Shown piece by piece: positions 48,128 to 62,350 of a stretch of 64,000 bases of DNA. The notes beneath the pieces are model-generated. The model was given only the letters and a program-made list of their open reading frames with translations, searched no databases and had not been told where the DNA came from. The translations under genes were made by a program, and so were the position numbers. This stretch comes from Leucoraja erinacea (lineage: Eukaryota), in NCBI RefSeq assembly GCF_028641065.1, contig NC_073400.1:8246001-8310000 (forward strand), read 5' to 3'. Within the stretch, counting starts at the first letter, position 1, and each line of letters begins with the position of its first letter.

Positions 48128-49744
48128 CAGCGCCCTTCATATTGTTTGGAACCCATCATTTATTTATTTGCCTCTGTACTCCACAATTTGAGATTTGTAA
48201 TAGGAAAAAAAATCACATGTGGTTAAAGTGCACATTGTCAGATTTGAATAAAGGCCATTTTTATACATTTTGGTTTCACAATGTAGAAATTACAGCAGTG
48301 TTTATACATAGTTCCCCCATTTCAGGGCACCATATGTTTGGGACACAGCAATGTAATTTAAATGAAAGTAGTCATGTTTAGTATTTTGTTGCATATCCTT
48401 TGCATGCAATGACTGCTTGAAGCCTGCGATTCATGGACATCAACAGTTGCTGGGTGTCTTCTCTGGTGATACTCTGCCAGGCCTGTATTGCAGCCATCTT
48501 TAGCTTATGGTTGTTTTGGGGGCTAGTCCCCTTCAGTTTTCTCTTCAGCACATGAAAGGCATGCTCAATTGGGTTCAGATTGGGTAATTAACCTGACCAC
48601 TCACGAATTTACCATTTTTTAGCTTTGAAAAACTCCTTTGTAGCTTTAGCAATATATTTGGGATCATTGTCTTGCTATAAAATGAACTGCCGACCAATGA
48701 GTTTTGCGGCATTTGTTATTGAGCAGATAGAATGTGTCCATAGACTTCAGAATTCATTATGCTATTACCATCAGCAGTTGTATCATCAATGAAGATAAGA
48801 GAAGTACGTTCAGCAGCCATACATGCCCAGGCCATAACACCCCCTCCACCATGTTTCACAGATGTGGTGCTATGCTTTGGATCTTTGGCACTTCCTTCTC
48901 TCTTGCCATCATTCTGATATAAGTTGTCTCATATGTCCACAAGACCTTTTTATAGAACTGTAGTTGCTCTCTTAAGTACTTCTTGGCGAACTGTAACCTG
49001 ACCATCCTATTTTTGCGGCTAACCAGTGGCTTGCATCTTGCAGTGTAGCCTCTGTATTTCAGTTCATGAAGTCTTCTGCGGACAGTGGTCATTGACAAAT
49101 CCACACCTGACTTGTGAAGAGTGTTTCTGATCTGTCGGACAGGTGTTTGGAGATTGTCCTTCATTATAACAGAGAATTCTTCTGTCATCAGTGGTGGAGG
49201 TCTTCCTTGGCCTGCCAGTCCTTTTGTGATTAATAAACTCACCAGTGCTCTCTTTCTTCTTAATGATGTTCCAAACAGTTGATTTTGGTAAGCCTAAGGT
49301 TTGCCTGATGTCTCTAACAGTTTTATTCTTGTTTCTCTGTCACACGATGGCTTCTTTGACTTTCATTGTCCAACTTGTTGATAAACAGCAATAAAAGTTT
49401 CCAAAGGTGATGGAAAGACTGGAGGAAACACTAGGTGCTGAGAGCCCTCTTATACCTGCATTAAGGGGGCAATTAAACACACCTGAGCAATTACAGACAT
49501 CTGTGAAGCCATGTGTCCTAAACATTATGGTGCCCTGAAATGTGGGGGGGGGGGCTATGTATAAACACTGCTGTAATTTCTACATGGTGAAACCAAAATG
49601 TATAAAAATGGCTTTTAATAAAATCTGACAATGTGCACTTTATCCACATGTGATTTTTTTTTTTTCTATTATAAATCTCAAATTGTGTACTGAGACAAAT
49701 ACATAAATGATGGGTCTTTGTCCCAAATATTATGGAAGGCACTG
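48128..49744 (-). mobile_element. Tc1-like DNA transposon, second near-full-length defective copy
   Basis: TA-flanked, same IR-DR TIRs as 11406-13015. TVRRRLHELKYRGYTARCKPLVSRKNRMVRLQFAKKYL. Confidence 0.92.
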
Positions 49745-51297
49745 TAAATAACCCAAGCAGATCAGTTGCTGGATGTTTGTGAGTCTGCCAACAAATATTC
49801 AAACCCTTGTTCTTGAGAGACTGAAAATGTAAGCAATTTTTGCGTCGTGGGTAAGGGGAATATCTAAAGTAAGTAACAATTTCTATTTTAGGAGATTGAG
49901 GATGTTTGAGAGCTTGTGAATGAACTAATATTGCGAAGAGTTCAATGACTCTCCAGCAGCTCCTTGATTCTGAATCTATTGTCATCTCCCTCTTTTTAAA
50001 GAATCTGCTGTAGCCTTTGTCGTCCCATCATCAGCCTCCCCTTTAAAGCAGAAAATATATTATTATCTCACAAAGTCATGCTTGTCGTTCTTGCAATTCC
50101 AACTAGATTTTTTGGCCCTGCATTTTTACTGTATTATGGTCACAAATTATATTATGAGGCTATGATAGTGATAAACTATTCCTCTTGTTTAGTCGAAGTA
50201 GGTCGGCATGTTATTCGTAGGGAATCGAAGGCAATCAAAGGTAATGGAAGGTATTTGAAGGTAGTCATAGATAGTGTTGGTATAGTCAAAGGTGGTCGTC
50301 TTCACTCTCTACTATTCGGTGTCCAATTTTCCCGAAGCTTGTTGAAACTAGTCTTCAACATGGTCGAAGGAGATCAAAGGAGGTCTTCTACATATTCGTA
50401 GGAGGTTCTCTGCATAGTCGAAGGAGGTCATAGGAGGTGTTCTACTTCGTCGAGACACCATGACACTTTTTTAAACTCTTCTAAACTCGGAAATGAGGTC
50501 CCCGCAGTTTGACCGGCCCTTCACCTTGCTTTGTTCTATTCTGTTCTAGTGAATCATGACCAGCAAATTGCCCAAAAAACCTTTTTATTTGAAAACATGA
50601 TTTACCTTTGAAGCCCCTCAGTGTGTTTTTTATGTTTCATTTACTTGTTTGAAATCATCCAAATACACTTTAATTTACATCTGTCAACGTTTGCAATAAA
50701 ATGTGCTGTGGCCCATGGTTAAATCTTTGAGAAAATCAACATAAAGGTTTAAAATTTTTTTTAAACTAACTTGTGTCAAGCTTTTTATAACCTGAGGATA
50801 TCTCCAAGTACTTTGCAGTCAATGAAACTATGTTGAATTGTAGCCACTGTTGTAACATTGTGGGAGTAGGTGCTTCCAACCCCTAGCAATGGACCCTCAC
50901 CAAATCATTTATCACTACCTCTCATACTACTTATACCTGTCAGCATTCTAGAGCATCTGGATCAGGATGAAAAATCAAATACAAGAGGGCATAGCTTTAA
51001 GGTAAGAGAGGCAAGTATTTTTTATACAGTGGTGAATGCCTGGAACGTGCACCTGGGAGTGGTGGTTAAGGCAGATATGATAGTGGCATTTAAGAAACGT
51101 TGTATAGGCATATGGATATGCAGGGCATTCAGAAATATTGATTATGTGCTGGCACTGAGCAGGAGGGCACAGTGGTGTAGCGGTAGATTGCTTCCTTACA
51201 GCACTAGAGAATATAATTTGATACAACTTGATAAAATGTTCTTTCAAATGTTGATCATGATACATGGGATTTGGTGTTTGGTAGGTCTGGAAGAGGT

Positions 51298-51462
51298 CTT
51301 CTTCTTATCGAGTCCACACACAAGATTAGAAGTTGTTCAGCCAGAGCTGAACACGCTTCTCCGCATCTGCATACAATGGTGTTTGTTTTGTGCTTCTTGT
51401 GCGTGATGGTGGAAAGATTGGTGAAAACAGGGCCGCGACGTGAACGCTCTTTCCTTGATCCC
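51298..51462 (-). mobile_element. ~164-bp non-tRNA retroposon with 5' HDV-like fold and (GAA)n tail, copy 2
   Basis: TSD CTGGAAGAGGT (51287-51297, 51462-51472; C51462 is shared or ambiguous). Minus-strand 3' end GGACTCGATAAGAAGAAG. Confidence 0.84.
51411..51462 (-). ncRNA. Putative minimal HDV/CPEB3-like ribozyme, copy 2 (one P1 mismatch)
   Basis: GGGAUC-AA-GGAAAGA-GCG-UUCACGU-CGC-GGCCCU-G-UUUUCA-CCAA-UCUUUCC. Confidence 0.65.
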
Positions 51463-54400
51463 TGGAAGAGGTTAAATAAATAGAAAGAGGATTCTATGGA
51501 GTAGTTTCAAAATTGGGATGATCAAGAGTCTCCATCGGTTCGCAAGGACAAGGGTACTGGGAACTTGCCTGAGCAAGATTTTGGTGTATGGTTTGAAATG
51601 ATACAAGATGTTTGAAAGTGTCATAAACGCAAAATGTGCCTTGTTTTTTGCGTTTTTGTTGTTCTTCTGCTATCTTAATAGAAGTGAATGATGTGTTGAA
51701 ATGACAGCACAGGGCATCGTATGTTTTAATTCATTAATTGTAATTTAACATGAGTTCAAATGGTGTGTACAATGCTGGAACCAATTCAATTAAGTGGCTT
51801 GTTCTTTGAAGTTGGAGGAAGCATTATTTTGTGGAGAAGCCTCTTTTTTTTAACCATTGCTCATGGTAGTGGATTTGAAGTTTGAGACATGGAAGTTATG
51901 TCCTGGAATTTTCTGAATTAAGCTTGAGGACATATATGTAGTTGGGCAACAGGATTAGCTTCATACTTTGGAAAGTACTTGAAGTATTTTAGACTGAAAG
52001 GTTGAAAGAACACTGGTGACATGGATGGCAACCAATCTACGCAATGTTATTTAGACATTTACACCTATTCCTTATTTAAGAATGACAGACTGGTTCTCAA
52101 GACTTTCACAAAATTATGTCATCAATGAAGTGTGCTGTGGAGATAGTGGAATCTCAAGATAGTTTATTGTCATGTGTCCCAGATAGGATAATGAAATTCT
52201 TGCTTTGCTTCAGCACAACGGAATATTTCCTTGCATGGGAGACTTGTAGCTTCAGCACAACAGAACATTTCCTTGCAGAGGAGACGTAGATTAGTTTAAA
52301 TGTTATTTTAATAATTTCCTTGACAAAATTGTTTTTCTTGTAATTGTGAACGCTTTGTTGTTGTAACCCCCTCCCTCCCCATTTTACCATTCTCCCCACC
52401 ATAGTACATGCCACAGACTAAAGAATTCCTCAAATGACATGTGCCTTTTGAAGGAAGCAAAAATGATTGAAAACATAAAATACCATCATTGACTCCAACG
52501 GCAAGAATTACAATTTTTTTTATGGAGAAAGAACTATTTTTCTAGCTGTGGCTTCAGGGTTTTTTCTTAATGGTCGATCAACACTGACAAATTCACACCA
52601 TTCATTTTCTATGCTTTTTGGCAGAATGCTTAATCTAATGGGATTTTAATTTGCAGTGCAATTACATTTCAAATTGAGCTTCATGGTAATAATTAGATTG
52701 CATAAAAAAGATAATTTTGAAAATGTTGCAACTGGCTAATATTGAATACAGACCAAGTTTGATTTTTTTTTCTATTTATTTTCCATCTCATTGACTAAAG
52801 CCATGTGTGCCATATTTAAGACCAGTCCTCCTATGCTACTCTACAGCAACGTATTTAGTGGAGGGTGGAATAATCTCAAGACTGAGACTAGTGCCATCAC
52901 CTTTGCAATGTTGCTCTTCAGGAGTTGTCATCTGGAATCTGCTGTATGTTCCTTGTTAATATCATCTTGTTCAGAAGTAAAAAGGAAAACTAGGAACTAG
53001 ATATATGTATTAGTCATGCAACAAACATTCCAATGCACGAATTTGGCAGGATCCAGCAGCATCTGGGGGTGGTAATCACAACAGGAAATATAGAGTACTG
53101 TAGAGCAACATTAAGCAGAAACTAATTAATGCAATTTCTAACAAGTTATCCCACATGGGGGACAATATTTTCAAAAGCAGTTTGCTGATGCTTACCCTAT
53201 TACAAAGTCCTGGAAGTACATATTGCAAGTAGTGAACTTCAGGTCAACAGAGATGCAATGGTGTCTGTCACCATTGCAGTAGTGCAGGTTCTCTGTTGAC
53301 ATGTGTGGGATTTAGATTGCAAGTGCTAGAAATACTAGCTACACTAAAATTTAAAAAATCAGTGTTAGCAGTGTAACTCCCACATGACAACCAACATTAT
53401 TAGATTGAGGAAAGAAGCAAAATGATGCACTCTCAACATATCAGGCAGCATCTCTGGAGAACATGAATCGCTGGCGTTTCAGATTGGGACCCTCCTTTAG
53501 ACCAGATAATACACTTAATGTCGCCAGACCATCCTGCATGTGATGAGGAGGCTGAATGATTTGCTGACAAGGAGAAGGAAGGAATGCAGTGACAATTATT
53601 GGATCAATTTTTTCCATATTTCTGCCTGTAAATTCCTGGTTGAATTGTTGATTGATTATCATTTTTAGATGTTGCCGAGCATGAAACAGCCTATTTTGCA
53701 AACACAGATTTTTTAAAAAAGGAGCATAAATCATAAGGTTGGGAAGGATTGCTGGGAGTTGGAGACAGCTAAATCCTTTGACCACCAAGCTATAGATAAT
53801 TGCCAAAATGCGATTATGGAGAACTGTGGAAGTACTGGACATCAGGAGCCACATAGTGTAGAGTGTGAGGAGGCAAGATGTTTATATTAATTGTCATATA
53901 AGCATATGCTTCCATACCTTTTTAGGTATCATGTGTAGGCCAGTTCTGGATTTGAGGTGCAGGGCAGGTTCTACAATGCAGACATATCTGGGCATAATAT
54001 GAAGGTAATGTAGATCCCAAACTAAATTGATGATATAACAGGTGAAGTCAATCCGCCAACATTGAGGGCAACTTGAGCGGACACGAAGGATGAAATGTAC
54101 CTTCTCTTCAGTTGAGGTTAAGATATCTTGCAGATCTATTCAAGTAGGTTGATAATAACCTGTAGTTGGTTGAATTGGTAACAATATTAGTATGTAAATT
54201 CAATCAAATGTATAATGAATGTAAATCTGGATAGGTCATTTGCATAAATTATGACTTTAAGGTGCAGCAGTATGAATGTGAATCTACATCTTTAAGACCT
54301 GTGTATACTATACGTCATTGCTCTCAATCCATTGCACGCCAGAGCTCTCAGTTGAGAGATAACTTCCAGAAACGATGCATGTCAGTGACGTACAGGAATA

Positions 54401-57400
54401 GAAATTAGAAGCAGCAGTCGATCTCATGGCCCCCGAGGCATGCTCCAATTTTCAATAGCATTTGGTTTTGTAACCTCAACTAGCGTTTCCTTCGTAACTT
54501 TTTGCACCCATTCTTTTCAATTATCTCTCCAATTCTTTCGTTTAAAAAATTACACTTTGCTTCCACAGAAGCCCTTAAAATTAAAAAAAAATTGCCTTGC
54601 CTGTCATGAATGGGTGACCCCTCATTTTTAAACTAATTTTGGGATTTGAAATACTGCTTGTTAATGAGAAAAGTTGATGAAGAAAGCATGTAACATCATT
54701 TGTATGTTAAACTGCAAAGGGAATATATTGAAACTATTATTAGTGTCATTAACTTCATAATGTTGTGGGAAATTGCTCTGGTGATTTAGCCTTGTGTGTA
54801 AGCAAATAGTATTGGAGTCAATATGAAGTGTGAGGTTGGATCTGTTGTGATGAGGTGGATCTGTTGAATGATATACCAGATTAATGTTTGCATGAGGTGT
54901 AGCTTATACAACAGGAAATATATATTTTTTCCAATTTTAACTTGTATGTCTGGTGGTCAGCATTCCAACAAAAGTTATCATACTAGAGGAACTAAAACTA
55001 ACTGTTGTTTCTCTGAAGTGAAGGAACTCGAAAGTAAACCCACTTTGAAGTAAACAGCTAGCACTTGGCCACGTAGCAGATATGCTGTTGTGGTTCAGCT
55101 GCAAAGGATGTGCCTATGTATTTATATCTGAAAAGAATAGTAAAACAAAAGTAAGAACAAGCCAATCAGCCCGACATGCCTGCTCTGCCTTTGATTAAAT
55201 TTGTCCATGATCTTTTACCTCCTGCACCGCTTACCAGTTTCCGTGATTCACTTAATATCTGCGAATCTACATTTTGAATATACTCAACAACTGAATGTCT
55301 GCAGGATGCCTGAATAGAGAAGTCCAAAGATGCAGTTCAGTTTGGGTGAAATAATTTCTTCCCTACCCTGTGCTGACCACCTCTTCTTTTGGGATGATAG
55401 GTAGATAGGGTGATGCAGGGAACAATGTGCATCTACTCCGAGATTCCTCTGCTCTAGAACACTCCACAAGGTCTTCCAATTTCACTGTGAAGGTCCTGCC
55501 CTGGTTTGATGTGCCAAAATGCAATACCTCACACTTATCTGAATTAACCTCCTTAGCCATTCCTCAGCCCACCTGCCCAGCTCATCAAAAGTCCACTGTA
55601 ATTCTTGATAACCGCCTTCACTGTCTACAATGCCGCCATTAATGGTGTCATCGGCCTACTTAAGAATCGTGTCTGCACCTTCTCATCCAAATCATTGTTT
55701 ATAGATGACAAACAGCAATAGGCCTTGCACTGATCCCTGAGATACACTGCAAGTCACAGGCCTCCAGCCTGAATAAACAACTTTCCCACCTCTCCTTTCC
55801 AGTTTTCTCCCTCCTACTCCAATCAGTCTGAAGAAGGGAACAGACACGAGACATCTCCTATCCATTCTTTCCACAGGTGCTACGTAACCATATGAGTAAC
55901 TAACATTTTGTTTTGTTCATAAAAAATGCTTTGTGTTACACAGCACCAAGTAAATGCCCATGCTGTTAATATTCAGTTTTGAACTGATGTAAGAAATAGC
56001 AGGGTTGAGGTTGGCCACTTGTTCCTCTCAAACATTCTCGTAGTCAGGCAGCATGGAAGCAGGCCTTTTAGCCAATCATCCATGCCAACCATCAAGCATC
56101 CAAAGTGGAATTCTTTGCCACAGAAGGCTATGGAGGCCAAATCAATGGATATATTTAAGGCAGAGATAGATAGATTCTTGATTAGTATGGGTGTCTGAGG
56201 TTATGGGGAGAAGGCAGGAGAATGGGGTTAGAAGGGAGAGATAGATCAGCCCTGATTGAATGTCAGAGTAGACTTGATGGGCCGAATGGCCTAATTCTGC
56301 TCCTATCACTTATGATCATCCATTTACACTGATCCCATTTTATTTTCTCCCTAGATTTTAACTGTTGATGTCAGATAGGATCTCTCCCTACCAAAGTCAC
56401 ACTGACCTCCTGAAATTTTACGTCTATATTAATCCTGTCCCTCAGAACTTATTCCAGTAACTTCACTACCACTGATAAAATTGCCTTTCTTTCTAAACTT
56501 GAGCCCAGTCTACTTTCTCTTCTCAGCAGCCCACCAGTTGGTCATCTCAGGTTTTCCACATTATCTTCTATATTTTATGTCCACGCCTATTCGCGCAAAC
56601 CGTTTGCTTTCTCCATAAGCCTCTATTTTCTCCTCTGCAGCCCACCCTCCCAGGAAGTTTTATATCAATAAATTTGCTGAAGGAGACCAATTGGATATAT
56701 CAGAACCAAATCATTAGTCTAGGTTGTGAAATGTTTGTACCCCAGCACCAATTTCTGTCGCACCCTTTTTAGCACGACCTTTCAAACAAACATCGACGAC
56801 TGTTTACTGCCCTTTAATTACAACGTTTTTCCCCATTGCCATGACATATAATTTGTTTAATATTCCATTGGCACCAAATTGAGAGGAATCTGAAAGTTCA
56901 AATGTACCACATCAAATCATCCTCTTATGCTCTGCTTGTTTCAACTTGGGGGTTGTGGAGAATAAAATAACATTTGTCAAACACTATTTCTATTTAATGA
57001 ATCAACGTCCACTCTAATTCTAATATTTTTAAGAGAGTATCTTGATTATAATTATCAATTCATTCATTAATCGTCAATTGCAGCATTTTTATTCGCGATT
57101 GTTAGGCTAACCAGTCTAAACTTCCTTTCTCAAATGGTGAGGCTATCTATGGTATATTGTGCACCATGCATTGTAGAATCTATAGAATTGTAGCAGATGA
57201 CCAATGGTACACACCTATCACCATTGTCACCTGCATCAAAACTGTAGGATGCAGGTAATAAGATCCTGGGAATTTCATCTTTCAAACTTGTTTAATTTCT
57301 CCATCAGGTTTTTTTTTTCTTTTTTTCTTGAGCTGCTCTCATTATAAACCTGTAGTTTAGTAGAATTGTTTCTAGGAAGCATTCTTGGTCTGCTGGGACA

Positions 57401-57404
57401 ATCA

Positions 57405-57835
57405 AAGCTATTTAGAGCAGTTTTGGGCTCCATATCTGAGGAAGGATGTGCTGGCATTGGAGAGGGGCCAGAGGAGGTTTACGAGAATGATCACAGGAAT
57501 GATTGGGTTAACATATGATGAGTGTTTGACTGCACTGGACCTGTACTTGCTGGTTGAGAAGGATGAAGGGTGACCTCATTGAAACTTACCGAATAGTGAC
57601 AGGCCAATACACAGTGGATGTGGAGAGGATGTTTCCCCTAGTGGGAGAGTCTAGGCCCAGAGTTCCACATCCTCAGAATAAAAGGACATACCTTTGGGAA
57701 GGAGATGAGGAGGAATTTATTTATACAGAGGGTGGTGAATCAGTGCAATTGATTGCCACAGAAGGCTGTGGAGGCCAAGTCAGTGGATATTTTTAAGGTC
57801 GAATGGCCTAATCCTGCTCCTATAACTTATGAACT
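57405..57835 (+). mobile_element. CR1 LINE 3' fragment
   Basis: QFWAPYLRKDVLALERGQRRFTRMI and GDLIETYRI. Other CR1 relics at ~55400-55770 (-), 56103-56315 (+), 59640-60175 (-), 62900-63440 (-). Confidence 0.85.
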
Positions 57836-60179
57836 AATGAATACCCTCTTCTCCCAGCCAGAGCAGGAATAGAATTCCCCTTGACTTCAGCTTCCATCCC
57901 ACCACCTCTGCATTCAATGAATCATCCTTAGCAATTTCCACTACTTTTAAAGAGACTCCACTACTGTAGTTTTCTCTCCTCTCACTTTCAGCATTCTGAA
58001 GGAACTGTTCTCGTCCACTCTTCCTCCTTCATCAAATGCTGCACAGCACTCTCCCTTCCAACTGCAGGTGGTGCAATACCTGTACTTTCATCTCATTTCT
58101 TCCCACTGCCTAGGAATCCAAACAGTTCTTCGGATAACAACAATTCACTCGTATTTCTTCCCATCTAGAATATTCAGTACTTGCAATCTGGTGTCCCCAA
58201 CGTGGGAGAAACAGGTGACCACTGCAGCTGCCTGGTTGTCTCACGTCCATTGTATTCCCTTTCTGATTTGTCTTTGCACTTCATTATTAAAACAAGACCA
58301 AAGGTAAGCTAGAAGAATAGCCCTCCATCTGGGCATGTTATCTCTTTCAAGAGAGAGTTAGATCTCACTCTTAGGGTTAAAGGAATCAAGGGATATGGGA
58401 AAAAGCAGGAACGGGGTACTAATTTTAGATGATCAACCATGATCATATTGAATGGCCAACTCCTGCAACAATTTTTCTATGTTTCTACACCCTATGTTAT
58501 CCAATCATGAATTTAATATTTTTTGATGCACCTTTGCAACTGTTTCAAAGTTGGGTAGTTCTGCCATGAGGTTATTAATCTGTAATGTTATGCCATCTCT
58601 TTGTCCAACATTTCCTTTTGTGTTCAGATATGAGTAACAGCTTTTATTTATATTTCACTAACTTTATCTTAGTATTTTTGGTTGCTTTTAGTTTTGTTCT
58701 TATTTTTGAGGGAAAACAGACTACGAACTGTCGTTTTTGTGAAGACATTGGACATTTTTGTTGTGGAGCATTTGGAGTTGTGAATGGGTTTTTCTGGCAG
58801 GAATTATGCCCAAGACATTGACAAATGCTGAAGGTGGAACACATTAAAATACTTCTTCAAAAATAACTCTCCTTCCATTTTGCCCCTTAACACTTCATAC
58901 TTCAGTCCTATTTGAAGTGAATGGAGTCTTGCACCCTGCACTATTGCTGATCTGATATACAATTCAGGAGTGAATTTTTTTCCCTCTCTTTTCCCCCGGC
59001 CCATCCCCTTCATACACAATGCTGCAAAAATAGCAGGATATGGAGTCTGGCATGGGAACGACTGATAAATTTGATCTCTGTATTTTCAGATTCTGAACTT
59101 CTGTATTTAAAAGTACCCCACATGCAAGTCTGAATTTACAGTAATCTGTGACTGAAAATTTGTGGTTAGGATCAGAACTGTTTGTAACAGCCTGTAAGAT
59201 TTGAATTACATAAAACAGATTTATGTTGCATCGTGTTTAATGGCAATCGACATTCCAGTTATTTATGGGGGAGGTGTTAAAGGAAAATCACACTGGAAAT
59301 TGCAAAAGGAGCAGCAGAATAAAATGTGCCCATATTGAATGAACCTGTTCGAATTTTGAAGCCTGTGTTTTAAATTACACCACATGAAAGTAATTGATTT
59401 TTATTACATAGAGATCTGTGTTGAAGCTTAACCCTCTTTGTTTAAAAGTTGACAAGTTTAGGCCCTATCATGTGATAATTTGTTGTTTGTAATTGCAATA
59501 GTATCATGCAGTGATGGATTCTGACGGTTTAAATGCAGGCTCTGTTGTAAAGAAGTGACACTTGTAATTGTAGCAAAGGCACTTGGCAATGTAGTTTGTA
59601 ACGCAGGCTATTATTTGTTTGTCAAATAATTGCTCGAGACCTGGAGTCATAAGCATGCAAATGGGTCCTTCGCTCTGACTTATCTATGCCGACTGAGATG
59701 GCTATCAACCCTAACCTGTTTTCGTGCATCTGACCAATATCTCTCTATTCCTTTTCTTTCCACATACCCGTCCAAATGCTTTTAAAACCCTGTGATTGTA
59801 CTTTACTCCACCACTTCCTTTGGCAGCTTGTTTCATCTATCCGCCACTACTTACCTTAAATCTTAGTCCTTTAGTTTTAGACTCTCCAACCGTTGGAAAA
59901 AGACTACCTCAACAATGCCCCTCAATGAAACTCTTAACGTCGCCTTTCAGCGTATTGTGCTCCACTGAGAATAATCACAGCCAATTCAATATCTCCTTGC
60001 AATTAAAACCCTTCATTCCAGATAACATACTGGTGAATCTATTCTGCACTTTCTTCTGCACTGTTAGAATATCAGAAGTGACCAGAACTGAGCATAATAT
60101 TCCAAGTGTGTCCTAACCAATGCTTTGTACAGTTGCAACATAATACCCCAAGTCTTTACTCAATACTCTGCCTATGACA

Positions 60180-60480
60180 TAGGCACCAACGTCAGGCGTT
60201 TATTCATAGACTACAGCTTTGCTTTCAACACCATTATCCCATCCAAGCTTATCTCCACTCATGGAACTTGGAGTCAGCAGTAAGCTCTTCTACTGGATCC
60301 TTGATTTTCTGACCAACAGACCATAATCTGTGAGGACAGGTGGCAAATTATCCTTTACAATGATCCAGAACACTAATGCCCTGCAAAGATTTGTTCTCAA
60401 CCCCCTTCTTTACTCCTTATATAACCATAACTGTGCAGCCAAATACCAACTCAATTTACAGATTCACAGACGACACCACC
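60180..60480 (+). mobile_element. Rex1/Babar RT fragment
   Basis: VRRLFIDYSFAFNTIIPSKL...WILDFLTNRP and VLNPLLYSLY. Confidence 0.75.
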
Positions 60481-61504
60481 GAACAATGAATCTAATGTGT
60501 TACTTTACTCCTGCCAAAGCGCTGGTCCTTTATAATCACTTTTGTGTATTGTTGAAGTTAAATTTTAAGTCTTGCTCTTGATTTCAGTCGGTGCGTGCCC
60601 CAACTGCAAATTGAGTCGCTTAACAATGACTTTAACTCTAAATGGTGGATAAGAATTTTATATTATGGCTTTGACAATACAGTGATAATTTCTGTATTCA
60701 ATTGTAAAATTATTGCCACTGCTGGAGAAACTGGTTTGCTTTGAATTGCAGTCACTTAAAAATGTTACTTGCATTGGGAATATTTTAATTTACCTGGGAA
60801 AGGTTGATGCTTATTGTATATTTGGGCAATTTTATTGATAGTTTTTTTCTCCAGAGTAATTGTTAAGTGTTTGGCTTTGTTCCGTATTTTAAAAAGCGAA
60901 ATGATGTCAAGTTGAATATTTTCTTGTAAGTGTGTTAAACAATGTTCAAACCCCATAATACAAATTGCATTAGTTGGACAAATTAAAAAAACTCTATACA
61001 AGATCCTTGCCACATGTAATAAAAGTGGAGCAACCATGCAGGAATGGAAGTTTAACTGAGAATTACCAGTTTAATCGGAAAAAAGTGAGTTCTGCATTTT
61101 TGTCTCCAATTTCAGATGAGCTGCCAAATCTGTCTTGGTTTTTGCAGCGCTATCCTATGATCAAACAAATGGTTGGCTGCTTGTTCATTGAGAAAAGTAA
61201 CAAGTCGAATCTGAATGACCCATATCATTTGTCTGCTTAATGTCTGCATTCTAATATGTAAGTGGTATACACCTAGATGGCTGGTTCTTGTCAGTGGAGA
61301 ACAAAGTAATAAGATCAGATTTCTCTTTTTCCCTTTCTAGCTCAGGAGTTGTAATGTCGACTATTAATGCGATCTCCAAACCTAAGACTTCGTCAGCCTC
61401 GTCTGTCCTTGTATTGTAACCCAACTCTCTAGGAATCAATGAGATGAGCCTGCTTCTACAGCAAGGGCTAAGAGATTAAAACTGCGCACAATGCTCTGGC
61501 AATA

Positions 61505-62350
61505 CTTTGGCACAGAGGATAGATTTACTGCCTTATTACGCCAGAGACCCGGGTTCAATCGTGACTACGGGTGCTGTCTGAATGGAGTTTGTACGTTCTC
61601 CCCAAGACCGTGTGGGTTTCCCCCGGGTGCCCCGGTTTCCTCCCACACCAAAGAAGTACAGATTTGTAGGTTTCAAGGGTAAGATCAGTTTATTGTCACA
61701 TGTACCAATTAGGTACAGTGAAATTTGAGTTGCCATACAGCCATACTAAGTGAAAAGCAACAAAACACACAACCACATAAATGTTAACATAAACATCCAT
61801 CACAGTGGATTCCGCATTCCTCACTGTGATGGAAGGCAATAAAGTTCAATCTACTTCCTCTTTGTTCTCCTGGATCAGGGCAGTCAAACCATCCGCAGTC
61901 TGGGCGATCAAAGCCCCCCAACCAATGATCGTGGTGATCGAAACTCCCGTGTCGGGGAGGTTGAAACACTCTCTGCGGCATGGAGATCCCGAGTCAGCCT
62001 CTTCTTACCAGGGAGCGCGGGCTCCACGATGTTATTCGCAGGCCCCGCTGTTGGAGCTTCGATCCTCGGCAAAGGGATCGCAAGTTTCGCGATCTTAAAG
62101 TCCCTCAGACTCTCGGGGCTTAGAGCGTCTGTCGGTCTCCAGGAAAGGCCGCCAACTCCACGATGTTAGGCCGTAGTGGGGACGGAGATACGATACGGAA
62201 CAAAAACGCATCTCCGTCAAGGTAAGAGATTGGGAAAAAAAGTTTCCCCTAGTGTGTAGGATAGTGCTAGTGTACGGGGATCACGAGTCAGTGTGGACTC
62301 GGTGGGCTGAAGGGACTGTTTCTGCACGGTAATTCTCAACTACACTAAAA
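61505..62350 (+). mobile_element. V-SINE split by a minus-strand copy (~61672-62250) of the retroposon seen at position 1
   Basis: SINE head with B box GGTTCAATC and core up to ~61671. The SINE resumes at CCCCTAGTGTGTAGGATAGTG (~62247). Confidence 0.78.

Noticed and set aside
50170-50521. Possible Harbinger-like transposon end with short internal repeats
   Set aside because: Only one putative terminus is visible and there is no TSD, so it cannot be supported.
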